Below are positions 27,179 to 40,400 of a stretch of 64,000 nt of DNA, in pieces. The notes below the pieces were generated by a model. It did no database searches. It was not told the origin of the DNA and saw only the letters and a list, made by a program, of their open reading frames with translations. The translations under genes and the position numbers were made by a program. Source of the DNA: Macrostomum hystrix (taxonomy: Eukaryota > Animalia > Platyhelminthes); the NCBI GenBank assembly GCA_950097015.1, contig CATNEN010000041.1, positions 310,001 to 374,000 of the forward strand. Direction: 5' to 3'. Each line of letters begins with the position of its first letter. Within the stretch, counting starts at the first letter, position 1.

Positions 27179-29249
27179 ATGCTCAAGCAGCAGCGACTCG
27201 TCCAGTGGATGAGCATCGCTCTGCAGCTACTGCTGGCGCTGCGGCTGGCAGCTGGTGAGCACCACACCGAACTCATCTCAGCAGCCCACATTGAGAAATC
27301 CTATCAATTCCCAGAATCCCAACTACTTCATCCAGAAATCCAATCAATCCCCAGAATCCCAACTACTTCATCCAGAAATCACATCAATCCCCAGAATCCC
27401 AACTACTTCATCCAGAAATCCCATCAATCCCCAGAATCCCAACTACTTCATCCAGAAATCCAATCAATCCCCAGAATCCCAACTACTTCATCCAGAAATC
27501 CCATCAATCCCCAGAATCCCAACTACTTCATCCAGAAATCCCATCAATCCCCAGAATCCCAACTACTTCATCCAGAAATCACATCAATCCCCAGAATCCC
27601 AACTACTTCATCCAGAAATCCCATCAATCCCCAGAATCCCAACTACTTCATCCAGAAATCCCATCAATCCCCAGAATCCCAACTACTTCATCCAGAAATC
27701 ACATCAATCCCCAGAATCCCAACTACTTCATCCAGAAATCCCATCAATCCCCAGAATCCCAACTACTTCATCCAGAAATCCCATCAATCCCCAGAATCCC
27801 AACTACTTCATCCAGAAATCACATCAATCCCCAGAATCCCAACTACTTCATCCAGAAATCCCATCAATCCCCAGAATCCCAACTACTTCATCCAGAAATC
27901 CCATCAATCCCCAGAATCCCAACTACTTCATCCAGAAATCCCATCAATCCCCAGAATCCCAACTATTTCATCCAGAAATCCCATCAATCCCCAGAATCCA
28001 AACTATTTCATCCAGAAATCCCATCAATCCCCAGAATCCAAACTATTTCATCCAGAAATCCCATCAATCCCCAGAATCCAAACTATTTCATCCAGAAATC
28101 CCATCAATCCCCAGAATCCCAACTACTTCATCCAGAAATCCCATCAATCCCCAGAATCCCAACTACTTCATCCAGAAATCCCATCAATCCCCAGAATCCC
28201 AACTACTTCATCCAGAAATCACATCAATCCCCAGAATCCCAACTACTTCATCCAGAAATCACATCAATCCCCAGAATCCCAACTACTTCATCCAGAAATC
28301 CCATCAATCCCCAGAATCCCAACTACTTCATCCAGAAATCCCATCAATCCCCAGAATCCCAACTACTTCATCCAGAAATCCTATCAATCCCCAGAATCCC
28401 AACTATTTCATCCAGAAATCCCATCAATCCCCAGAATCCCAACTACTTCATCCAGAAATCCCATCAATCCCCAGAATCCCAACTACTTCATCCAGAAATC
28501 CCATCAATCCCCAGAATCCCAACTACTTCATCCAGAAATCCCATCAATCCCCAGAATCCCAACTACTTCATCCAGAAATCCCATCAATCCCCAGAATCCC
28601 AACTACTTCATCCAGAAATCACATCAATCCCCAGAATCCCAACTACTTCATCCAGAAATCCCATCAATCCCCAGAATCCCAACTACTTCATCCAGAAATC
28701 CCATCAATCCCCAGAATCCCAACTACTTCATCCAGAAATCCCATCAATCCCCAGAATCCAAACTATTTCATCCAGAAATCCCATCAATCCCCAGAATCCA
28801 AACTATTTCATCCAGAAATCTCATCAGTCCACAGAATCCCGAATCCTTCATCAAGAAATCCTTCAGCTCAGAGCAGTCGATAGCTCAGTCTAGAAATTCT
28901 CCAACAATTTCGCTGCTCTCGCAATTCGCCAGGCCAAAACATTCCGTGCGCCAGCGTGGACACAGAGAGACTGACAATGAGCTACGCAAGCCTCTCTCGG
29001 CTCTGCCCGTCCAAACAGTTCTGCTGCTACCCGCTCGGCGGCAGCGACATTGCCACATGCTGCGACGACTGCAGCCGTGATTTGGACTTCAACCCGCTGA
29101 TGCAGCCGGATGTCTGTCTGGCAGACAATCGCAAATGGTCCTTGATCGTCATCGTCCTCATGCCGCTCTTCACCGCCCTTCTGCCCGCCATCATCGCAGT
29201 GACTGCCGTCATCATACTCAGCATCGTCAGCAGGAACAGGGAACTGTGA
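27179..29249 (+). CDS. Small Cys-rich single-pass membrane protein, Shisa-like (130 aa predicted)
   Basis: Exon 1 (27179-27254) encodes a signal peptide MLKQQRLVQWMSIALQLLLALRLAAG and ends at G|GTGAGC. Exon 2 (28933-29249) follows TTCGCCAG in matching phase. Ectodomain C-x18-C-x5-CC-x10-CC-x2-C-x14-C, then a C-terminal hydrophobic helix. Confidence 0.7.
27290..28855. repeat. 40-bp minisatellite (CCAGAAATCCCATCAATCCCCAGAATCCCAACTACTTCAT) filling the intron of the Cys-rich gene
   Basis: ~39 copies; explains ORFs 27032-29080 and 27255-28883. Confidence 0.97.
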
Positions 29250-29269
29250 TGGGATCAGGGAAATTGGGA

Positions 29270-29960
29270 TCCGTAGGATGGGATCTGATGAGTTAGGATC
29301 TGTAGGATGGGATCTGATGAGTTATGATCTGTAGGATGGGATCTGGGGAGTTAGGATCTGTAGGATGGGATCTGGGGAGTTAGGATCTGTAGGATGGGAT
29401 CTGGGGAGTTAGGATCTGTAGGATGGGATCTGGGGAGCTAGGATCTGTAGGATGGGATCTGGGGAGTTAGGATCTGTAGGATGGGATCTGGGGAGCTAGG
29501 ATCTGTAGGATGGGATCTGGAGAGTTAGGATCTGTAGGATGGGATCTGATGAGTTAAGATCTGTAGGATGGGATCTGATGAGTTAAGATCTGTAGGATGG
29601 GATCTGGAGAGTTAGGATCTGTAGGATGGGATCTGGAGAGTTAGGATCTGTAGGATGGGATCTGATGAGTTAAGATCTGTAGGATGGGATCTGGAGAGTT
29701 AGGATCTGTAGGATGGGATCTGATGAGTTAGGATCTGTAGGATGGGATCTGGAGAGTTAGGATCTGTAGGATGGGATCTGGGGAGTTAGGATCTGTAGGA
29801 TGGGATCTGGAGAGTTAGGATCTGTAGGATGGGATCTGGAGAGTTAGGATCTGTAGGATGGGATCTGGAGAGTTAGGATCTGTAGGATGGGATCTGGAGA
29901 GTTAGGATCTGTAGGATGGGATCTGATGAGTTATGATTTGTAGGATGGGATCTGGGGAGT
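29270..29960. repeat. 29-bp G-rich minisatellite (GGATGGGATCTGGAGAGTTAGGATCTGTA)
   Basis: Direct inspection; starts just after the stop codon at 29249. Confidence 0.95.
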
Positions 29961-30885
29961 CTGTAGTCCTACTTTATAATCGGTCGGATTAATAGAATTG
30001 GGTTCTTTAGTTGTTTAAACAGAGGTTGTTTTTTAACTAAGTCGATTAACAGTTGGGCTGTCCAAAAATTGACAGTTTGAAAAATGAATTACTGTTAACG
30101 ACGGCTTGCATTTAATGTCGAATGTTTAAAACTGCTTTTTAACCTGGAAAGGAATTTATCTTGCATTTTTATTCAAAGTCACGAAATGCGGAAAGTTATC
30201 ATAAGTTAAAATGATTCGGCCAGAATGAAAAGTATGACGCGAAATAAATTGTCAGTTCTACTATAAGTAGAGCAGTTTGGTGCAAATTATTTATTTTCAC
30301 ATGCAGCGGTCCCGCATGCATAGTCATGTGTATCGTAATGCATATTCCGTATGGCTTGACAAATTTGCAAATGAGCTGCGAATGCAAATTTAGCAAGTTC
30401 TCACATTCGCAACAGCTACGGAAATGCACATCATTAATAATTAGCGAGTCTATAATTAGCAGCACGGCCTGTGTTTCTGCCCGCCCCGAATATGCTTCGC
30501 GTGAATCGACAATTGCCTCGGACGGCGAAACAGGCGCGCCTGATGAGCAATTAGTGACAGGATTCCAATTCGCATGGGAGCAGCGACTGCAGTACTGTGC
30601 AGGGCCTCATTAATTGCAACACTGAATGCACACAATGGCACTGCATTTCAGGTGTCAGACATGCGGCCAACGCTTTGCATCGAATGGCTGGTGGATTTGC
30701 TCGCATGTGGCAAGTATCGATCCAAGTACATATGGTACTTCTGATAGATTGCAAGGCGCAATCGTGACTAGATCCTTGCCGCACTCAGCGTGTAATATGT
30801 AATATGTAATATGTAATATGTAATATGCAATGTAATATATTAGCATTGCCTGAATGATTTTAGGCCATAGAAAAAAGTTTGGATT

Positions 30886-31833
30886 TACTCTTAATATAGC
30901 TTTTTGGAGCCCATTTGGTCTTACAAGCATTTAATTTAATCCAAGATCTGCCTGGTATGTATTTCAGCTTAGCGGCATTTAATTTGGTCCAACCAGCATC
31001 AATTAGGTCCGTATCAGCTGTGAAGCCCGAGAAAGAGTTAAAGATAAGTGAAATTGCTTGCAGTACATTAATGACCTCGCTGAGAATAGACAGTGCTGGC
31101 CGTGACAACCACGACCCTGTATTCTTTGAGTCCAAATGTTGAATCCAGCTTCGCCTACATAAATTAGATGAACTCCGGGGTCAAGAGCCGTCAGCCATTC
31201 AGCAAACTCCTGCCTTGTCGCAACCGTCTGCTAGCTGTTGCGTACCGTTGGAATATCAGAGCCGAGATGCTGACAACCAACTAGAACTGTTCGACCAGCT
31301 TCTGCTGCAGTTGCTGCAACGTCAACAGAGGGTTTCTTTCGATTTCATTGAGTAGAGTTGGACCTGAGACTCAAGCAACTTGTTTTGGCGATTGCCACCC
31401 CTTCGCAGACGATCTCTTCTGCCCGTGGTTTCAACGCACAGAGCGATGCTGTATTTTATTTAACATTCAACAACCTTGCAGTTTCTTTTGGGTGTTTACT
31501 TCTGCCGAGCGCTTTGATCACTAGCCCATGGCGCTCGTTCGAAAGTCTAGCATATGGGTCCACAATTCTGTTGCTGATCTGGCTCTTCCGCAGCAGTTGC
31601 AAATGAGGAATTGCTTCCATCCTCGTGTCAGTGTTAGTCATGTCTGAATTAGTATATAGAAAGGCAACTAAGAAATCACTATGCACCAAATTGATGCTTG
31701 TTGGACCAAACTAAATGCCGCTATGGCATCCTTGTGACCATAGACTAAATCTGAAATACCCTGGCAGGCAGATCTTGGATTAATTAAATGCATGTAACAC
31801 CAAATGGGCTGCAGAAAGCTATAGTAAAGAGTG
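30886..31833. mobile_element. MITE-like / decayed non-autonomous DNA element with ~120-bp imperfect terminal inverted repeats
   Basis: 30886-31010 is the reverse complement of 31686-31833 (AATTGATGC..GGACCAAA..AAATGCCGCTA; GGCAGATCTTGGATTAA; ACCAAATGGGCT..AAAGCTATA), with one ~27-bp indel. No TSD identified. Confidence 0.55.
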
Positions 31834-31874
31834 CCTATTTTATCCCCTGGGGATATTTCAAATACCCACTGCCT

Positions 31875-32385
31875 ACTATACCCACTAGCTACCCACTAGC
31901 TACCCACTAGCTACCCACTAGCTACCCACTAGCTACCCACTAGATAACCACTAGCTACCCACTAGCTATCCCCACTAGCTACCCACTAGCTACCCACTAG
32001 CTATCCCCACTAGCTATCCCCACTAGCTACCCACTAGCTACCCACTAGCTACCCACTAGCTACTCACTAGCTAACCACTAGCTACTCACTAGCTAACCAC
32101 TAGCTACTCACTAGCTACCCACTAGCTACCCACTAGCTATCCCCACTAGCTACCCACTAGCTACCCACTAGCTATCCCCACTAGCTATCCCCACTAGCTA
32201 CCCACTAGCTACCCACTAGCTACCCACTAGCTACTCACTAGCTAACCACTAGCTACTCACTAGCTAACCACTAGCTACTCACTAGCTAACCACTAGCTAC
32301 TCACTAGCTAACCACTAGCTACTCACTAGCTAACCACTAGCTACTCACTAGCTACCCACTAGCTACTCACTAGCTAACCACTAGC
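31875..32385. repeat. 11/13-bp minisatellite (CCACTAGCTAC)
   Basis: Direct inspection. Confidence 0.95.
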
Positions 32386-34408
32386 TTCTAAATCGAATGA
32401 CCGATTTTGCTGAAAGAGTCATATATGGGTCAATTTTCCGCCCTTTACGATGAGCCAACTTTCAAAGCTGTACGAGTCAGCAGCGTCGAGATATTCAGCG
32501 ATTGTTGTCGGAGTCCCTGGTGGCAAGCAACTAACATTGCTCTGCGTAAGCCTCTATAGCGAATCCGTATTTAGTTTAAAAAATTAAAAAGATTGGCAAG
32601 ATTAATGAGTACAAAATACGAGTAATCAACAATAACAGCCGACAAAGGAAATTTGTCAGCTGAAAAACGATGCCGATGTTGGCGCTTTTCGCCACCAGAC
32701 ACCCCGACGAGAATTGTTGAGTATCGTTGAATAATTAAAAATGCTTATGATTAGCGATTCTGGGAGTTGTTTCATCGGATAAAATGGAAAATCTCTGCCC
32801 ATAAATAATAAACAATATGAGCAATACAAAATAATCAACAATTGCATCATGCAGTTTTTGGAAGCAGAATAATTATGCCTTATTGTTGGTTTTAGCCACC
32901 AGGCACCCTTGACACAGCTGAATTACTTTGTGATTATGGATACTGTTTTATCGGATAGAGCGGAGAATTTCATACGAACCGTGACGGCACAGCAAATGCA
33001 TGTACATGAGCAGGTAGCTGAAGGTAACTAAGCTTAGACGTCACAGAATGCTTCCACACAGCTCAGAGCCACTTCACCGATATTCGGAGTAGCTGAGCTC
33101 GGGCTAATCTAATCTGGGTCGAGAACTCGCGACTACCGCCCGGCAGAGGAGCAATAAAAAAAGCAGCCAAGGTGATACAAAAGAAGCAAGCGGAGTTTCT
33201 GGCAGTATCAATCGGCCAATAAAAGATATTATGATGGCCCTGCAGGTAGGTTGTTTTGCTTGATTCTAATAAGACTCGCCACAGTCGCCTATGCTTTATT
33301 TGCTTATTCAATTCTTTCATTTTTTGGTTTTTGCAAAGAAAAAAAGGCTCATCTTCAAGAAACACGTGCAAAGAAAAAAGTAAATATATAAAATTCCATT
33401 GCTGTTTGCTGATTACAGAGGTTGCATAATTATGTAGGTTGGGTGTTAAAGAGCTAGCTAAGTTATTGCGGCTAATAGTCTGTCTGAAATGTTTAGCTTT
33501 GCGCTACCAGTGAGCAGTTTTCATTGATGAGGCCGTGTGCTCGGGCAGAGCACGCAAGCACTCGGAGCCGCGCGCCACCAGACTACTCGCGAGTAGTTGA
33601 CTGCCCGACTGTCCTGGCCAGCGGTCTCAGGCGGGCCGGGAGAATGTTTGAGTTAGCGCGCACAGCTCCCAGATGGCAGATGGGATTCCACTAAGTAGAC
33701 AAAAAACCAGGCGAAAGAAACACATACAAGAGAATCTAAAACAAAACAGAAGATGGACTAAAAATAATAAATATATGTATATATTGCGAATAGATACGAC
33801 TGGGTGGACCAAATTGCACAGGAGATCTGGGCAGACCAGAGTGTGAGCTGATCAACTACTGATAAGATTAATAAAAATAGAGGATGCGGCAATGCCGTTG
33901 CCGAATTAGAAAAAAGTCTAAGCGATTTCTGAGTCCTAGGCATGAGGCAACACTTGCTAGTCGAGGGCCGGGAAAGGCGAATATTGGATCTAAAAATCTG
34001 CAATGACCGCACAGGAGGATGCGGCGGGATCTAAAGCTCAAACGGATGTTGAATTGAAATGTGTAAACACGGCAGCGAATGGCATCATGATGATGGGGCA
34101 GACACTAACATCAAGCAAGGCTGACAACACAGACAGAGAAAACAGCGGAACACAACAGAACTGATGCAACGGGCGGGCACTGCCAGGAGGGGGGATAAAA
34201 AACAAATTACAAAGTTCGTGAATGCGACAGCTAAGGAACAATAAAACACAGTCCTCAGAGTAGGGTTCGCCCGCCCGACAAGTACATAGGGTTAAAAGAT
34301 AAACGGCTAAAGTGCAGCGATAGTAATTGCAGTGCGTGACTCGCATTCCTAATTGGAGTTGTTGCACGAATTCTACACACGATTTCCCAGGCCACCGCGG
34401 TCAGCTGC

Positions 34409-37400
34409 TCAGTAATAGGTCTCCCGCTCCAGCCAGTTGCCGGGTGGCAGGCGGCGCAGCAGGTACTTGCGAATCTCATCGTACAGGAAGATGACAATGG
34501 AGAATGGCAGGGCCGGCAGCCACCAGGTGAAGCGCAAGGGCTGCATGCGCAGGGCCTTGTCCAGGCCGGGACAGTAGGACATGAAGGCGGCCAGGGTGGT
34601 CTCAAAGAACAGGCCGAAGGTCATATGGTGATTCCACATGCCCTGCTGGAAGATGGAGTTCTTGCGGGTCTTGCAGATCAGCAGGTCTGTCCACTGCACG
34701 ATCACGATGCTGGCGAAGAAGGCCGTGTGGCAGGTGTACTCCAGGCGCTTGCGCTGGGCGTAGGTCTGCGGGGTGGGCGGCAGCGCGACTGAGATGTTTG
34801 CATTAGCTGTTAACTGCTCATCATCGAGATCTGGGAAACTGACTGCTCAGCATGGAGATCTGGGAAACTGACTGCTCAGCATGGAGATCTGGGAAACTGA
34901 CTGCTCAGCATGGAGATCTGGGAAACTGACTGCTCAGCATGGAGATCTGGGAAACTGACTGCTCAGCATGGAGATCTGGGAAACTGACTGCTCAGCATGT
35001 GGATCTAGGAAACTGACTGCTCAGCATGTGGATCTAGGAAACTGACTGCTCAGCATGGGGATCTGGGAAACTGACTGCTCAGCATGGGGATCTAGGAAAC
35101 TGACTGCTCACCATGGGCATCTGGGAAACTGACTGCTCAGCCTAGGGGTCTGGTTTTCGGCAGGAATTTTAGGATCTAGGAAGCCGGGCTCGCACTCACC
35201 CATTCCTGTCCATAGCTGTCCTCCAGGTCATTGACGCCCTCGCTGTCCCACTCCTTGCGCAGGCCGAGCAGCCGACGCGGCAGGAAGCCGTTCTCGGCCA
35301 GGATGACAAAGTAGACGAAGAAGCCGCCGCTGGCCTGGATCATGCCGATTTGGCCGTACGCCATGCTGATGAGGCGCTCGTTCACCAGGTTGTCGCGCTG
35401 CGGGTCGCGCGGCTTCCGCTTCATGATGTCGCTCTCGGCCTCCTCGTAGGCCAGGGAGATGGCGGGGACCATGTCGGTGCCGAGGTCGATGCACAGGATG
35501 GTAATGGTACCGAGGGGCAGCGGCACGTCGGCCAGGATGAACAGGAGGAAGGGCGAGATCTCCGGGATGTTGGAGGTCAGGGTATAGGCGATGGATTTCT
35601 TCAGGTTGTCGAAGATAATGCGGCCCTCCTCGACGCCGGTAACAATGGACGCGAAGTTGTCGTCAAGAAGGATCATGTCAGCGGCCTGCTTGCTGACGTC
35701 GCTGCCAGCGATGCCCATAGCGACGCCGATGTCGGCCTTCTTCAGCGCAGGCGAGTCGTTGACGCCGTCGCCGGTGACGGCCACGATGGCGCCCTGGCGC
35801 TGGCAGCCCTCCACAATGATGAGCTTCTGCTGTGGGCTGGTGCGGGCGAACACGATCTCCGGGTGGTGGCGCAGGATGTCGTCGATCTGGGCGGGTGTCA
35901 TGTCGCGCAGGTCGCTGCCGTGCACCACGCAGGCGATGGCGTCGCGCGGGTTCACCATAGACGGGTCCACGTTGCGGTCCTTGGCGATGTCCTCGACGGT
36001 CTTGCTGGTGGGGCTAATAATGCCGACTCCCTTGGCGATGGCCTTGGCTGTGATCGGGTGGTCGCCAGTCACCATAATGACCTGCAATCAACGGATAGGT
36101 CAGGACTGTGGATAACAATCTACGGATAGGTCAGGACTGTGGATCAGAAATAAGTTAGTCAGAAAGCGGGACATATGGGTTCAGCAAACAGGTCAAGCGT
36201 GTCTGGCCTACCTTGATGCCAGCGGAGCGGCACTTCTCCACGGCGTCGGGCACGGCAGCGCGGGGCGGGTCGATCATGGACATGAGGCCGACAAAGCGCA
36301 GGTTCATCAGCGAGAAGTTCTGCTCCTCCGGGTCGAAGGCGTAGCCGTCCGGGTACTCCTCAACGGGCATACGGAAGTCGCAGAAGCCGAGCACCCGCTC
36401 GCCCATGCCGCCCAGCTCCTCGTAGGCGGTGTTGAAGGCGGTCTTCCATTCCTCGTCCATGATGACGTCCTTGCCGTTAATGAGGATGTGGGAGCAGCGG
36501 TCCAGGATGCGCTCCGGTGCGCCCTTCATCACCAGCAGGTAGCGCTTATCACCATCGTCAGTGCGGTGGATGGACAGCTGGTACTTGTTGGTGCTGTTGA
36601 AGGGCACCTCGCACACCTTGGCGTTCTTCTTACGGTACTCGTTGACGCCGCCGATGCTGAGCTCAACGCACTTGAGCAGGGCGCTCTCCGAGGCGTCGCC
36701 GTTGCACTCGCGCTTGAGCACAGGCTTGCTCTCCTCGCCGGTCTTGAACTCGGCGCGGTTGCACAGCATGGCACAGCGGCCGAGGGCCATCCACTCGGGC
36801 GAGGACTTGTTGTACTCGGCCGTGTTCTGCTCCTCGGAGGTGTCGGCCTCCAGGATGCGGTTGTTGCACCACATGTGGGCCACGGTCATGCGGTTCTGCG
36901 TCAGGGTGCCTGGCGAAGGAGCGAGGGGGTTCGAATTCTTGCCAGGGCCAAGAGGAAGAATCCCACTCGCTGTCAGTCACAATTACCAGAGGCAGGCCTG
37001 TCAGCTGCGCTAAAAACAGAACATTTCCCGTCCTTCCCATCACAGCTCAGCTCGTTCGTACCCAGCTGTTGGTTTTCTCTTAGCTATATTTTGCTAATGA
37101 TTTACACTACTCGCAGTAGGCAGGGGGCTGTGCCCAGCAGTAGAATTGAAAGCAATCAACCAACTAATGAAACTATAAATGAGGTTATATATATAGCGCA
37201 TCTGGCGTTAATCCCACGGACGAAAAAAGCTTCCCTTCTGGCCAGCGGAGCGCCCATTATCGCCTGCAATCGATAGCGAGCTTGGGGCTGGCCTGACTGG
37301 CGGGCCCAAATTGGCGCGAACAACACAACTCACCGGTCTTGTCCGAGCAGATGGTGCTGGTGGAGCCCAGGGTCTCCACAGCTTCCAGGTTCTTCACCAG

Positions 37401-40400
37401 GCAGTTCTTGGAGGCCATTCGCTTGGCGGTGAGGGTCAGGCAGACGGTGACAGTGGCCAGGAGGCCTTCGGGCACGTTGGCCACGATGATGCCGATGAGG
37501 AAGATGACGGCCTCCAGCCAGTTGTACTGCAGGATGAAGGCGATGACGAAGAATGAGACGCCGAGGAACACGGCAACACCGGTGATGATGTGGATGAAGT
37601 GCTGGATCTCCCTGGCAATGGGAGTCTCTCCCATCTCCAGGCCAGAGGCCAGGTTGGCGATGCGGCCCATGACGGTGTGGTCGCCGGTGCAGATCACAAT
37701 GCCCGTGCAGGCGCCTGGGGTATAAAAAATGATCTAGAAACTACCGACAGATCATGGGGTAATGATCGATTGATCACGGGGCAATGACCGATTGATAACG
37801 GGGTAATGACCGATTGATAACGGGGTAATGACCGATTGATAACGGGGTAATGACCGATTGATAACGGGGTAATTACTGATTGATAATGGGTCAATGACCG
37901 ATTGAAAATGGGGAAATGAACGATTGATAATCGGACAATGACCACTGGTGATGAGGATAAAGTTTGATCAGAGACGGGGGTAACGGCTGGGAAAGCCTAA
38001 AGCAAGATAGACCGCAACACCGTGATATATCTTGCTTATGCTTATTATGGCTTATGCTGAGAAATGGACACATTGGTATTATTCGAGTGGCAATCCCATT
38101 TTCCTATCAGGTCAGATTTGAGAGCCAGGCTACAGCGCTGACATTTCCAACTGGCTTGAGCAGCTCACTAGTCACTTAGGCCGATTGCATGCCTTCAGTT
38201 GTATGAGCTCACAAATAAGAATGAGCACGATAGGTGAGCAGCATCCGCCCTCCAAGTGTCGGGGGCCCACTCTGCGTGATTACTTCCAGCCTTGCCACAC
38301 CGCCTGAAAGCATTGTTGTCAGAAGAAAAGGAGCAGACGAGGCTGAGAGGCTGCACAATGGCTAAAGGATGCAGCTTGTTGGCTCTGCCCGGGCCTCATG
38401 CAGCACTAGTGAGACATTAAGCGCCTGAACTGTGAGACGATGCAGTTGGGGCTTACAGCCTCAACCCCCAGCTCCCGCATCTGATGAAGACCAGACTCAA
38501 ACTCTATATTCCCTCCCTTCTCAAGCCGGAGCACGGAGGCCTGGCGGCAGGGCAGGGCGGAATCGATTGAATTGTGGAGCACAAATGTGCATATACCAAG
38601 TGTACCCCACCCAGCCATTGATCAATTTACATTTTCGACTGGCATCAGAAGAGAAGAGAGGAGAGGTAGAGCAGCCGGAGTCGATGGAGACTGGAGTAAT
38701 CTCTTGCAGCAGCCCGCCCAAGTACATCCATTTTTCTCGGGCGGGGCCGTCAAACCCACCCTCAGTGACTGCCCGCTCTCCTCTGCCCAAACACTGCCAC
38801 AGCTCCCCTAACACGCCTCTCCTCATGCAGGCGGTGGGAGGATTCCTAAACCCTTCACCCTAAATTCTCCCCAGCCCCGCTCGGTTCCCCAACTTCCCAG
38901 GCCACACGCCCCACACCCTCCCAGGCAGACACAACACAGCCGCGAGCCTCAGCCCTCCCTAGAATCGATACCGTCCTCCCTGTCCCCATCCCCCTTCCTT
39001 TCTTTCCCTCTCCCCACTGCCCTTAAAGCGGGCGCGACCTTGGGCCTGGGCAGCACAAAGGGACAGAGAAGAAGGAAGGGTGGCTAAAAATAAACTGCGA
39101 ATCGCGCTGGGCCACTCAAAGCAACCGCCAGGCCGCGTCTCCCTTCCCACCCTGGGAGCCTCCTTGGCTGTCGGACCTCCTCTTCCTCCTACTTTGCCCT
39201 CCCTGCCCGCGCGGTGCCAACTGCCAACACGCAGTTGCCGCGCCGCGCACAACACTCTGGGTTGAAGGCAGAAGAGAAGGCTTAGAAGAGACTCTTCCCT
39301 CATTTCTCCCAGTCCGAAAGCCCAAAATCCCTCCCAGTCTAAGCCCGACCCATTCTCGGTGACACCCGGGCCCTTTCCTTTGCAAATCCCGATTCCGAGG
39401 GGACATTGCGGCCAGGCAAGCCCTAATTTTACTCGGGCCACTAAAGCTAGAGCCGCAGTTGCTGCTCTGCTGCAGACAGCCGAGTTGAAGATTGTAAAAG
39501 CTGCAATCAGGACAGGACTAAACAGTGCAGAGGAGGCACCAGCCAGCTAGTAGTAGCAGGCAGAGCAAAAAAGCAAAAAAAACGCAGGGCGGAGCGGTTC
39601 GAGATAAAGCGAAACACGATACCCGCCGCTACACGGGGAGATATCGCTAACTGCTCAAGGCTCCCAGTGCACTGATAAAGGCTTTGTTTATCGCTCAAAT
39701 CAGAGCTTGGAAACCTGACTAATAAAGGCCTCAAAGGCATTGCAGGGCCGCTAGGAACTGAACTCGGTGCCTGGCGGGTCTTTTTACACCGAGCTGTAAG
39801 AGCCAAGCCAGTGTGACGCAGGGTCGCACGTAATAAACCTGAATGCGCTGAATGAATATGCAAAACAAGCAGCAGCCCCAAAGCCACGAATGCATGCCTG
39901 CAGAAGCAGCTAATTTCCATTGAGCATGAGAGCCCAGTGCCCACTCTAACAGTGCTAGCCAACTTTCCAACTAAGCCACACACTGAGAGGCGCAGGGCAC
40001 GCGGCCGCCGCGTGACAGATTTCAGATTCAGCTATGCCGTTAGCGACCAAGGTCGAACAGGCACGCATGCGCACTCTCAGCCTCCACTCACCTAAGATGC
40101 GTACTTTGCTTCCACTTCACAATACCCAAGCACAATTGGGGCGCACTAATATTAGCTGAACAGCTGGAATTTTCCTGAACTGGAACCAGCCTTCACTCAC
40201 CTAGCCAAGTCTTGGCAAGTCGAAACGCAGTTTTTTTTCTGTCACATCATCAAATTAACGAATCATAAATCAGGTCGCGCTTGAGCTACCTACAAGAACG
40301 AGCAATTCAGAGCAGAAGAAGACTAGCGGTGCAGGAAATTGCAGAAAGGCTTGGGGCGCAGGAAGTTTTAGCAAGAGCAACAATCAACAAGCAGCGAGGT

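Noticed and set aside
27032-29080. 682-aa and 542-aa ORFs as repeat-rich secreted proteins
   Set aside because: Frames of the 40-bp array, which is bounded by a good donor (27255) and acceptor (28932); treated as an intron.
29270-29960. Interstitial telomeric repeat (TTAGG within units)
   Set aside because: TTAGG is an isolated 5-mer inside a 29-bp unit, not tandem TTAGG(G)n.
33582-33597. Perfect 16-bp palindrome ACTACTCGCGAGTAGT as a Helitron 3' hairpin
   Set aside because: No CTRR terminus at the expected spacing and no other Helitron features.
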